Positions 1-9,648 of a stretch of DNA of 64,000 nucleotides are shown piece after piece; position 1 is the first letter of the stretch; every line of letters begins with the position of its first letter. Under the pieces are notes generated by a model. The model searched no databases. It worked only from the letters and a program-made list of their open reading frames with translations, and was not told the DNA's origin. The DNA comes from an uncultured delta proteobacterium (lineage in GTDB: Bacteria; Desulfobacterota; WTBG01), in contig CAWCBP010000008.1 of the NCBI GenBank assembly GCA_963793865.1, forward strand, positions 480,001 to 544,000, read 5' to 3'. The translations under genes were made by a program, and so were the position numbers.

Positions 1-842
1 GAAAGCAGAACCGGCATCTGGTTTTTCCTGTTTCTGCTGTCCGTTTCCAGGGGGAAGGTAACGGAAGAGGGAAAGTAAAGAAGTATCTGTTTCGCGGCAA
101 AGGATTGGGCGGGATGCTTTTTTTGCAGCGTCTGCATTAAAACCTGAGGCACACGGTACCCGGGTTCGATTCCTTCCAGGCTGGTCTTGAAGAATTCTCT
201 GATCTTCTGCAGATACATTTCGTGGGAGTCAACCGCCCCCCGGTGGTGATAGAGAATGAACCAGTTTTCCCCCGAGTCCCGCCTGATGATGTAGGTTTGC
301 GGGGTGCCCTTGGGATCGCTCAGGTTGTTATAAACCTCTTTGAGGGGGTCCGGGAGAATAGGGTAGCGGGGCTGAAAGTCCGTTTGAAAGGCGGCTATTT
401 CCTCCGCATTGTTACCCACGGTGATGCCCAGCATTGCAACCCTCGACTTAAGAAAATCGTCAGACTGTATGGCTTCCGCCAGCCGGTTAAAAACCGGCAT
501 CTGCAGCTGACAGGTGTGACAGTGCACGTTGAGCATCTCAATGATCATGATCTCCGCCTTGAAATCCTTAAGGGAGATGGTTTCCTGCTCCGGCAGCTTG
601 AGCGCCTTGCGGTCCTCTTTGCTGAGGTTGCTCTTGAGGGTGAAGGGCTTGAAGGGATCGCCGACCCTGACCGGCTTAAAGTTCTGCGACCAGCAGGGGG
701 TAATTAAAAAAAGCACCATGCAGCAGGGGATGAGCAGCAGCGATGGCTTCATGCACCATCCTGCAAGGCGGAATTGAGAGGGGTTAAATCGTTTATTGAT
801 GCTGTTCCGGCTGCTGCTGCGCGTAACCGAAGGGAATGTCAT
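1..842 (-). CDS. TlpA/redoxin-like thioredoxin-fold protein with N-terminal signal or anchor; 3' end runs off the window
   Basis: Manual translation (absent from the ORF track): ATG 842 after GGAAGGAG; hydrophobic segment LLLIPCCMVLFLITPCWSQ, then VGDPFKPFTL...IIEMLNVHCHTCQLQMPVFN (CxxC) and YPILPD...GTPQTYII; frame open to position 1. Confidence 0.75.
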   Translation of the reverse strand, partial: MTFPSVTRSSSRNSINKRFNPSQFRLAGWCMKPSLLLIPCCMVLFLITPCWSQNFKPVRVGDPFKPFTLKSNLSKEDRKALKLPEQETISLKDFKAEIMIIEMLNVHCHTCQLQMPVFNRLAEAIQSDDFLKSRVAMLGITVGNNAEEIAAFQTDFQPRYPILPDPLKEVYNNLSDPKGTPQTYIIRRDSGENWFILYHHRGAVDSHEMYLQKIREFFKTSLEGIEPGYRVPQVLMQTLQKKHPAQSFAAKQILLYFPSSVTFPLETDSRNRKNQMPVLL

Positions 843-1074
843 GCAGGGTGCTCCTTCCCTAAATGCAGAATGATTGATTTTGCTGTTCTCCATTTTTATA
901 AAAAGTCTTTCTCACAGCTGCTATTATTTATCGTGAATGCGGGTTAATGTCAAACCCAAAAGCGAGGAACTGTTTGATTGCGCTAAAGTTTTTGGCGCAC
1001 TGTATCGATAGAAATACATGCGGTATGTATGAGACACTTACCCGTTTTTACCCGATCTTCAAATAAAGCTCGCT

Positions 1075-2985
1075 ATGGATCACAGCGCTCATGCTCAAGG
1101 ATCATTCATGTCCCGAATAACCGGTCTTCATAAAATTGCCGCCTTCCTTATAATCATGCTCAGCCTGGTGCTTTGGGTGGAGCCGGCTTCCGCCATGAAA
1201 CTGGAGGTGCTCCGGCAGAAGCTTGCTGAAAACCGTGCCGGATGGAAAGCAGCCGAAACCTCGCTTTCTAACCTTTCCACCGAACAATTCAGACAAATGC
1301 TCGGCTTTGCACCCTTGGTAAGAGAGGAAACAATCCAACAGCTGAGCATAGAGCCCGAAAGCCAGGTGATATATGAGCTGCCTGCCGCTTTTGACTGGCG
1401 CAATAACAACGGAGACTGGGTAACAGCGGTAAAAACCCAGGGCGAGTGCGGTGCCTGCACTGCCTTCGCAACGCTGGCGGCATTTGAAACGCTGGTCATG
1501 CTGGACGCAGGAAATCCAACCCCGGAGGTTGATCTTTCGGAGCAGTATCTTGTTTCATGCGGGCCGTCGGGTACCCGGGGTGGATACGCGTATGGCGGCT
1601 GCATAGGCAATTATTCTGATTTTATTTCCGATTTCCTCATGGGTGCCGGTGTGCCGGATGAGACCTGTTTCCCTTATGCTGCCGGGCAGGACACGGGAAC
1701 GGAACCTCCCTGTGACGGGGCATGCGCTGACGCGGAAGCACGCATGAAAAAAATAGTAAGCTGGTCATATATTGCCCCCCAGGCAGGCTTTTACCTCCCC
1801 CGGCCCGATCAGATTAAAGCGGTGCTGGTCAATAAGCCCGTGCCCTGCGGCATGTTTATCTATGATGATTTTAAGCACTACGCCGGCGGCATCTATGAAC
1901 CGGTATCGGGGCAGGATAGCATAGGAGGCCATCTGGCCTGTATTGTAGGTTATGATGATTCTCAGAATTGCTGGATTGTGAAGAACAGCTGGGGGGAGGG
2001 GTGGGGTGAAGATGGTTTTTTCAGGATCGGATATGACCAGACGTCAGGCAACTCTCTCACCATGTTCGGTCTTGAAGCGCTCGATTTGAGCTATGGAGAG
2101 CCTGTCATTACCACAACCACCACTACCAGCATTCCCGTCACAACCACCACCGTCCCCGGGACTACCACCACAACCACCACCGTCCCGCAAAGTGACGCGC
2201 CCAATTTAATTCCCTGCGCGCCTTATGGGTGGAGCTATCCCATTGTACCGTCAGCGCAGCAGGGCACCAGTGACTTCAATCCGCAGTCAGACGTGCTTTA
2301 TCCCTCTCCCCGCAGGACCTATATTGATTTCGCGGTGTGCAACGACAGCGACATTCCCGTAGAGGAACCATTTACCGTCTCTTTCTACATTGACGGCAGG
2401 GAGGCATATGCCGCCGTGGTCGACGATAAGCTCACGGGCAAATCGTACCGGGCATGGCTCGATGAGGAGTTCAGCTTTTCCGAGGGGGAGCACACGCTGC
2501 TCTTCGCGGTTGATGCTGATGGTGCGATAGAGGAAGGCGATGAGGGAGACAATGTTTTTGAGATGAGCTTTAAATGGGGCGCTTTATGGCCCGTGGTGTA
2601 TGGGCGCATGTTTGGACCCGCCGGCAGTGACACCGTGCCGCTCCTGAGGAAAGTAAGAGATGAGGTGCTCATGGCGAGCGGGGAGGGAAGGGCCTGTGTG
2701 CGCATGCTTTATCGCCTGTCGTGGGACATTGCCATGATCCTCTTAAGCGACACTGAACTGCGACTGCAGACGGCGGGGGTTGTAAAGCAATTGCTGCCGG
2801 AGGCGGCATGCCTGGCGGATGGTGAGACGGTACTTCTTTCTTCCGCCAAGCTGGCTTCCTGCGAAGCCCTGCTGGACAGGTTTGCCTCGCGCGGAGGCCC
2901 GAAGGTCAAGGCCCTGGCTGCGGCGCTGCAGGAGAAGATGCGGGAAGGAACGCTCTTCGATCAGCTGGGCATTCAGATAGAGTAG
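1075..2985 (+). CDS. Secreted C1 (papain-family) cysteine peptidase with Thr-rich linker, CARDB-like domain and CFI-box-CTERM-like C-terminal domain
   Basis: Signal peptide ending ASA; LPAAFDWR; QGECGACTAFA (catalytic Cys), GGHLACIVGY (His), WIVKNSWGEGWGEDGFFRI (Asn); poly-T linker; VDADGAIEEGDEGDN CARDB-like end. Confidence 0.9.
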   Translation: MDHSAHAQGSFMSRITGLHKIAAFLIIMLSLVLWVEPASAMKLEVLRQKLAENRAGWKAAETSLSNLSTEQFRQMLGFAPLVREETIQQLSIEPESQVIYELPAAFDWRNNNGDWVTAVKTQGECGACTAFATLAAFETLVMLDAGNPTPEVDLSEQYLVSCGPSGTRGGYAYGGCIGNYSDFISDFLMGAGVPDETCFPYAAGQDTGTEPPCDGACADAEARMKKIVSWSYIAPQAGFYLPRPDQIKAVLVNKPVPCGMFIYDDFKHYAGGIYEPVSGQDSIGGHLACIVGYDDSQNCWIVKNSWGEGWGEDGFFRIGYDQTSGNSLTMFGLEALDLSYGEPVITTTTTTSIPVTTTTVPGTTTTTTTVPQSDAPNLIPCAPYGWSYPIVPSAQQGTSDFNPQSDVLYPSPRRTYIDFAVCNDSDIPVEEPFTVSFYIDGREAYAAVVDDKLTGKSYRAWLDEEFSFSEGEHTLLFAVDADGAIEEGDEGDNVFEMSFKWGALWPVVYGRMFGPAGSDTVPLLRKVRDEVLMASGEGRACVRMLYRLSWDIAMILLSDTELRLQTAGVVKQLLPEAACLADGETVLLSSAKLASCEALLDRFASRGGPKVKALAAALQEKMREGTLFDQLGIQIE

Positions 2986-3636
2986 GGCTTGAGGGTCGGA
3001 CCAAATCAAGCTATTAATCTTTATATAGATTATTCCTAAAACAAGCTATTTCCCCGCCTTAAATCCCTGTTTTTAGCCTCAAAAATAGACCGGTAAGAAA
3101 TCTCTCATTTACTCATGCATCCTGCATCATTCCCTCCTTATAAATTATCTCATAAAGGCGCAAGGCGTATTTTTTTGTATTTGAAAATTTTTCTTTTTGA
3201 AGGGAGATGGATGCAGAAATTGATCTCATGCAATAGTAACGGCACAAGATATGGAACGCTTTCTCATCACTGTGGATATCTTGGGTATAAAAAAGAAAGT
3301 CGCGGACTGCTTCGGGTCAGCAGACCACCACTCCTTGCTAACACACCGTTTTTATTGCCAATCCTCACTGGTCAGGATTTGAGCAAAGAGCTAAATCGCC
3401 AGTCGCAATGGCATCAATTTCTTCTCAACCCTCCACTTATCCACAGGCAATTAACATCTCCCTGTGGAAGAATTGCGGTTTGCCTGTTCACCCGTTTGCC
3501 GGTTGAGCCCTTGTGCCCTTATGCCTCGGTAAATCCGCAAGTGAAATTGATACTTCAGGAACTGTCTCTTATTGGTTCTTCTGCGGCACAATAATTGCTC
3601 AACATGGGCTTGTCACTTAATGAAAAGCGAAATTAT

Positions 3637-3777
3637 ATGCTAAAGGAAGAAATAGTTGCTCAGGATACGATCGCACACATAATATTTTTAATTCGCGGTC
3701 AGAAGGTGATGCTGGATAAAGATCTGGCAGAACTCTATGGTGTTAAAAACCCGCCGGCAAACCAGCAGAAGGGTTAA
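3637..3777 (+). pseudogene. Truncated ORF6N/KilA-N-like DNA-binding protein fragment
   Basis: IFLIRGQKVMLDKDLAELYGVK matches the N-terminus of ORF6N proteins; the frame stops about 10 codons later. Confidence 0.7.
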
Positions 3778-3830
3778 CAAAGGAGAAAAACTCCGAGTGT
3801 AAAGAGAAATAGGGATGCCAGAGGAGGTGA

Positions 3831-4184
3831 ATGGAAATGCATGGATTATGGGCAACACTGCTCGCAGTATTGTTAATGACATGTCCTGCAAGTTCAACCA
3901 TTGCCGGTGACGGTGTGTGGGATGCGGATAAAGGAGGCATTGACAGGGACTTGGATAATGACGGTTCGTGGGAAACCATGACAAGGGAGGAATCGATAGA
4001 GACGTTGATTTACCGTTCTAAATGCCGCAGTCTGTGGGGGGTGCAACTGCCTTTGGTTCAGCTTCTTGAAGGGGAAAATAGTCTAGACCTCGAACCTAAA
4101 AGGTGGTACAAAAGCCATGGGTCGAGCAGGAATCGCAGGCTGTTCATGGTGCCGTGTGAAATGTCACGGATATCCTCGAAATGA
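3831..4184 (+). CDS. Hypothetical protein with signal-peptide-like N-terminus; possibly a remnant
   Basis: GGAGGTG RBS; hydrophobic N-terminus and DLDNDGSWE acidic motif; C-terminal half not recognisable. Confidence 0.3.
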   Translation: MEMHGLWATLLAVLLMTCPASSTIAGDGVWDADKGGIDRDLDNDGSWETMTREESIETLIYRSKCRSLWGVQLPLVQLLEGENSLDLEPKRWYKSHGSSRNRRLFMVPCEMSRISSK

Positions 4185-4204
4185 TAAAAAAGTAAATTAA
4201 GACC

Positions 4205-5983
4205 ATGTCTTTCTCCTTTTTTTACACCTCCGCATTATTAGTCCTCATGACCGTTGTCCTCATAAGGGAATGGATTGAGGTAGAGCTCACCCTGTTCGCG
4301 ACACTCCTGCTGCTGCTTGCCGCCAGGGTCATTACACTGAACGAGGCACTGGAAGGGTTTTCCAACGAGGGCATGCTCTCGGTGGGCATGCTTTACATTG
4401 TTGCCGGGGCGCTTGAAAACACCGGTGCCCTGCACCGCGTCGGCCACTTGTTTCTCGGCAATAAGCGATCTGCCGTCCCCCTGAAACTGCTTCGCCTGAC
4501 GGTGCCGGCCGCAGCGGCATCAGCCTTTATCAACAATACCCCCCTCGTCGCCATGACCATACCGGTTGTCCGTTCGTGGGCCGAGAAAAACCGCTATGCA
4601 CTTTCAAAGTTCCTGATTCCGTTATCCTATGCGACCATCCTGGGCGGCGTGTGCACACTCATCGGCACCAGCACCAACCTGGTGGTGCATGGTCTTCTTT
4701 TAAAAAACAATCTTCCGGGGATGTCATTTTTCGAAATAAGCAAGGTCGGCATTCCCCTGGCGATTGCCGGGGTTCTGTTCATATGCCTGTTTGGCTACTT
4801 CTTATTGCCGGAGCGCAAGGAGCCGCTGGTTGATCTCGGGGAAAGAACGCGCGAATTCGTCATCGAGCTGCGGGTGGACCATACCTATGCGCATGTGGGA
4901 AAAACCATGGAAGAAGCAGGGCTTCGGCATCTCACCGGCTTATTCCTTTTTCAGATTGAACGGGCGGGTAAAATAATCGCTCCGGCACGGCCCGATGACC
5001 GGATTTACGAGGGAGACAGGCTTTTTTTTACCGGCATGCCCAGGACAATTCTGGAGCTGCAAAAAACCCCCGGCCTGCAACTTACCAAGGATTCTCACTT
5101 TGATCTCAAGCAGTATGACTCAGACCGGATCAAGACCTATGAGGCGGTTATTTCGGCCAGTTCCCCTCTCGTCGGGAAAAACGTGCGTGACAGCAATTTC
5201 AGGACCGTCTATGGAGCGGTCATAATTGCCATTCACCGCAATGGCGGGCGCATTGAGAAAAAAATAGGAGACGTTGTTTTGTGTCCCGGTGATACCCTGC
5301 TTTTACTCGCTGACAGGAACTTTTACCGCAACTGGTATCACTCTGCAGATTTCTATCTTATTTCCAGCACGGAGCTGGTGAGTTCCAAGCCGCGCTGGCA
5401 GGTCCGGCTGTCACTGGCGGTGTTGGTTTTTATCGTCGCGGCCACGGTGCTGAAGATACTTCCCCTCATCGCCGCGGCAGGCTTTGCGGCTATAGTCCTC
5501 ATGCTCACCGGCTGCATATCTGTCCAGGAGGTAAAAACTCAGATTGACTGGCGCGTGCTGATTGTCATAGCCTGCGCGTTCGGTATTTCCAGCGCAGTAA
5601 CCAAATCGGGGATTGCCGATATTCTTTCCCGCGCCATTCTCACCTGCAACACGCATTGGGGCATTATGGGTACCCTGGCAGGACTTTACTGTATCACCAA
5701 CATCTATACCACCTTCATCAGCAACAATGCCGCGGCGGCGATGCTGTTCCCCATCGCCCTGGCTACGGCCGGGCATCTTCAGCTCGATGTTATGCCCTTT
5801 GCCGTTACCGTGGCCATAGCCGCTTCATTTGCTTTCGCAACACCCATTGGATATCAGACCAACATGATGGTATACGGCCCCGGCGGGTATAAATTCATGG
5901 ACTTCATCAAGGTAGGGCTGCCACTCCAGATTGTCTCGGGAGCGCTGGCGGTGGTACTGCTGTATACAGTCTATTTCCGCTAG
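4205..5983 (+). CDS. SLC13/DASS-family permease with two TrkA-C domains (probable sulfate/anion transporter)
   Basis: SAFINNTP, PLSYATILGGVCTLIGTSTNLVV, central TrkA-C repeats, FISNNAAA, FATPIGYQTNMMVYGPGGYKFMDF. Confidence 0.9.
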   Translation: MSFSFFYTSALLVLMTVVLIREWIEVELTLFATLLLLLAARVITLNEALEGFSNEGMLSVGMLYIVAGALENTGALHRVGHLFLGNKRSAVPLKLLRLTVPAAAASAFINNTPLVAMTIPVVRSWAEKNRYALSKFLIPLSYATILGGVCTLIGTSTNLVVHGLLLKNNLPGMSFFEISKVGIPLAIAGVLFICLFGYFLLPERKEPLVDLGERTREFVIELRVDHTYAHVGKTMEEAGLRHLTGLFLFQIERAGKIIAPARPDDRIYEGDRLFFTGMPRTILELQKTPGLQLTKDSHFDLKQYDSDRIKTYEAVISASSPLVGKNVRDSNFRTVYGAVIIAIHRNGGRIEKKIGDVVLCPGDTLLLLADRNFYRNWYHSADFYLISSTELVSSKPRWQVRLSLAVLVFIVAATVLKILPLIAAAGFAAIVLMLTGCISVQEVKTQIDWRVLIVIACAFGISSAVTKSGIADILSRAILTCNTHWGIMGTLAGLYCITNIYTTFISNNAAAAMLFPIALATAGHLQLDVMPFAVTVAIAASFAFATPIGYQTNMMVYGPGGYKFMDFIKVGLPLQIVSGALAVVLLYTVYFR

Positions 5984-6138
5984 CAGGCTGTTGAAAAACG
6001 CCCATCTGCGGCGTTACACTCATCCTTCGTCATTGCAGCGTACTCGCATGTACGCCTCATTCCTCAGGATTTCGCGTGCCTTGCATCTGGACGTTTTTGA
6101 ACAGCCTGCGTAAAACTGTTTTTTCAACAACCTGCTAG
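5980..6138. mobile_element. MITE-like non-autonomous element, copy 1
   Basis: CTAGCAGGCTGTTGAAAAA ... TTTTTCAACAACCTGCTAG terminal inverted repeat, plus an inner IR; near-identical copy at 47636-47791. Confidence 0.8.
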
Positions 6139-6175
6139 CCGGTTTTGTTTTGCGGGCGGTTCAGTCCGAATGCTT

Positions 6176-8268
6176 TCAAGCTACTGCTGAGGTTGGGTAC
6201 TGGTATCGTACCGGGAAGCCGAAGTTGTTGTCGATCAGCGCATAGGTTTCCCGAACGTCACGGTAAAGCCGGGTGACATAATCATACGCTTCGTCTCGTG
6301 GCATGGTCCCGGCGTTTAATGCGTGGAACACATGCTTAAGATTTTTAAAATCCGGAGAACAGATGCCGGTGCTCACGCACTTTTGAACGAAGGCGTTTAT
6401 AGCCTCAAGCTCGTCCTGGGGATCCACTCCCATTACAACCAGAAGCGAGCGGGCGGCGAAGATCAGGGCGCGTTTTAAAATCAAGGCGTCCGCATCCTTG
6501 CCTTCCGCCTCGGCCAGCAGCTGCCCGGCCGAATCCAAATCGGATTCCATCATGTCGATGACACCGGAGCCGCATTCACCCTGGGTCAACCCTGCAAGAG
6601 AAAAATCTTCCGCTTTACCGCAGTCGCGGTAGTATCCCGCGTCCTCTTCATAGGGGGGAACAGATGCATGCCTCTCTATGAGCGCCCGCATGTGTTCCTT
6701 TCCGGTGGTTGTGACGCAGTCATAGACATCCGTATCCCCGGCTCGGTTCCGGAGGAAGTCGATGAATTCGCCGAGAAGAGTCGGAATGGCGCGGGCGGGA
6801 GCGGCGCCGACAGGTTCGGCCAGAACGGTTTTTTCCCCGTCGACGTTACCTCCCAGGTATATCCGGTAAAACGGGACTGAACGGTTGAAAACCTTTTTTG
6901 CCATACCCGAGAAAGAGATGAGACCTATGGGATGTTGTCCGCACGCGTTGGAACAGCCATTGATGTTGATCATCACCTGTCTCATGGTTTCGGGGTCCAG
7001 TTTCGCTTCTGCCAGACTGATCATAAGTTCGGAGGCCAATCCCATGGAGTTGCATATTCCCAGGTTGCAGGTGGTTGCGCCCTTGCAGCAGATGCTGTCA
7101 ATCAAGGCCGCGGCGGATGGAAACAGGGGAAACAGGTCTTTAACATTTTCATGGATGTGCGGAAGCACGGTTGCCGGCACGTTTGCCATGACCAGATCCT
7201 GCCGCTGGGTGGTCCTGAAGGATAGGGCCGGGGCTGTTTCGCCGAGGCGGGCAAGGGCAATGAGCGTATCGCCCCGCACCTCTCCCCGGGGAATCCTCAG
7301 ATGCACTGCGTAATAGCCATCCTGCTTCTGTTTTTCAGTATGCCAGGTCAGGAAGCCTTCGTAGGCCTTATCATGATGTAACGGCGTACCATCTGCGCGG
7401 GGACTGCCCGTCAGAGGGGGCAGTTGAGGGAGTTCGTCCGCGGTCTTGAGTTCTATGATCCCGCCCTCTTTTACCTTCTGCAGCTCCTCGTGGTAGAGCT
7501 GTCGGAATCGCTCCCAGCCCAGGTCTTCAATGAGAAAGCGGATCCGGTTGTGGTGTTTCTTTTTTCTGTTGCCGTGGGTATTGAACAGGTTGATGATGGA
7601 TTTTACCGTGTAGCCGACATCCCCTTCCTCGATTACGTCATGCAGCACCTTTCCCACCATGCTCCTGGCACCCATGCCCCCGCCGCACAATACTTTAAAG
7701 CCGTCATTGAGGGCAATGAAACCGACGTCGTTGACGCCCGTGCAGGCGCAGTCCCGCTCACAACCCGAGAATGCTATTTTGATTTTCCGGGCATGGTATA
7801 CGACTCGTCCAGGGAAAGCAGATATTCCGTCAGGCCCCACACAGTCCTGTACACTTCGCGGCGCTCACGGACGCAGATGCCGGATCGATGGCAGCCGGTA
7901 ATGTTGCGTACGGTGTTGCCGCCGCCGGCCCGGGGTGACAGCTCAACCTCTTTGAGGTCCTCTATCAGATCGAGGGTGTGCTCGACCGGAAGGTTGTGTA
8001 TTTGAATATCCTGCCTGGTGGTGATGTGGAGCGCGCCGTCCCCGTAGGTATTGGCTGCCTTTCCCATGCGGCTGAGCTGCAGGGGTGTCAGGACGCCATT
8101 GGGAACCCGTATGCGCGCCATGAGGAGTTTTCCGCCGCGCTGCGCATAAAAGCCCCACGGCACACGGATGCCCCTGAAAAAAGCATCCTGCATTTCCCCG
8201 GCAAGAAATCTGCCCAGGTTGCTCTTATAGGCGGGTATTTCATCCAGTATCTTTTTCGGTACGATCAT
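6176..8268 (-). CDS. Siroheme nitrite/sulfite reductase (two NIR_SIR repeats) with C-terminal helical extension; one frameshift near 7790
   Basis: MARIRVPNG, LHITTRQDIQIH, (P)RKIKIAFSGC, TTQRQDL, CKGATTCNLG, INGCSNACGQH. Restoring one C in ATGCCC(C)GGAAA joins ORF 7774-8268 to ORF 6176-7840. Confidence 0.85.
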
Positions 8269-8303
8269 GCCCTGTGTTTCCCGTTCTGTTTCGACTGTTC
8301 CCG

Positions 8304-9233
8304 CTACTCCCCGAACTGTTGCCGGGTGCTGTAATAGCGTTCCCCGGTGTCCGGGAAAATAACCGCCACTGTTTTCCCTCTTCCCAATGCCCGCGCCACT
8401 GCCAGCGCCGCACAGGCAGCCGCGCCTGCCGATATGCCCATGAAAAGACCTTCTTCTTTCGCCAGTCTTTTGGCCGTTTCATACGCATCTTCATCAGTTA
8501 CCGTAATAACCTGGTCAATGATGGCCGGATTTAATACCGCGGGGATGAAACCCGGCCCTATTCCCTGAATCCGATGGATTCCGGCTTTTCCTTTCGAGAT
8601 CACCGGAGAATCGGAAGGCTCGACAGCAACAATTTTAATCCCGGGGTACTGTTCCTTGAGCACCTCGCCTACGCCGGTGAGGGTGCCGCCGGTGCCCACC
8701 CCGGCCACAAAGGCATCGAGCCTGTCACCCATGGATTTGATTATTTCCCGGGCCGTTGTCCGGCGGTGTATCTCCGGATTGGCCTGGTTGTTAAATTGCT
8801 GGGGCATGAAGCTCCCCGGTATGTGCATGCTCAATTCCCTTGCTTTTTGAATGGCCCCGAGCATGCCTTCCTCACCGGGGGTGAGCACTACCTCGGCGCC
8901 GTAGCTTTCCAGGATAAATACCCGTTCCACGCTCATGGCATCCGGCATGGTGAGGATGAGCTTGTATCCCTTGACGGCAGCTACCATCGCCAGGCCGACA
9001 CCGGTATTGCCGCTGGTCGGTTCAATGATGGTTCCCCCGGGTTTTAAAAGACCCTGTTTTTCCGCATCCTCAATCATGCTCAGGCAAATCCGGTCCTTGA
9101 TGCTTCCCCCCGGGTTAAAGGATTCCAGTTTCGCATAAATATCCGCCGCGTCAGGGTCCGCCAGGCGGTTCAGCTTCACCATGGGCGTATTGCCTACGAG
9201 CTCCAGAATGTTTTCAGCCTTATCGTTATCCAT
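8304..9233 (-). CDS. cysK: Cysteine synthase A
   Basis: KLESFNPGGSIKDR, EPTSGNTG, GVGTGGTLTG, HRIQGIGPGFIP, PDTGERY. Confidence 0.95.
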   Translation of the reverse strand: MDNDKAENILELVGNTPMVKLNRLADPDAADIYAKLESFNPGGSIKDRICLSMIEDAEKQGLLKPGGTIIEPTSGNTGVGLAMVAAVKGYKLILTMPDAMSVERVFILESYGAEVVLTPGEEGMLGAIQKARELSMHIPGSFMPQQFNNQANPEIHRRTTAREIIKSMGDRLDAFVAGVGTGGTLTGVGEVLKEQYPGIKIVAVEPSDSPVISKGKAGIHRIQGIGPGFIPAVLNPAIIDQVITVTDEDAYETAKRLAKEEGLFMGISAGAAACAALAVARALGRGKTVAVIFPDTGERYYSTRQQFGE

Positions 9234-9236
9234 ATG

Positions 9237-9617
9237 CTAGATCCCTTCGGCAATTTCGGTAAACGTTTCATCAGCCGTATCCGGTTCAAGCGGGAGGTAT
9301 CGTGTTGACATCCGGTAGGTAGTGGAATGTCCCGCCCTGTCCGTCAATATCCATTCAATGGTACCATCATCTATAATCCTGGGCCTGAGGGTTGCGCCGG
9401 TGTTGCTTATTTCGTAAGACAGAACGAGATCAATCGCCTCCTTGGGGCACACTTTTATGCAGCTGTAACAGTCCCAGCAATCCGCCTCGGAACGGAGCAC
9501 GGCCTTTTTAAGGTTGAAATCCTTGTAAATAAGATCACCCGGGCAGATTTTCATGCAGGGTGGCTGCTTGCTCAGCCGGCATCCGTCACACTTTTTTTTG
9601 TCTATTCTGATGGCCAT
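9237..9617 (-). CDS. 2x[4Fe-4S] ferredoxin, AprB-like partner of the upstream flavoprotein
   Basis: CDGC...PCMKICPGDL and CWDCYSCIKVCP motifs; lies directly after the aprA-like gene. Confidence 0.85.
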   Translation of the reverse strand: MAIRIDKKKCDGCRLSKQPPCMKICPGDLIYKDFNLKKAVLRSEADCWDCYSCIKVCPKEAIDLVLSYEISNTGATLRPRIIDDGTIEWILTDRAGHSTTYRMSTRYLPLEPDTADETFTEIAEGI

Positions 9618-9648
9618 GGTAACGCATCCTCAGAAAGTTCCATGTTTG

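Noticed and set aside
3438..3446. DnaA boxes (also 30125-30133) suggesting a replication origin
   Set aside because: Isolated single perfect matches without clustering or dnaA context.
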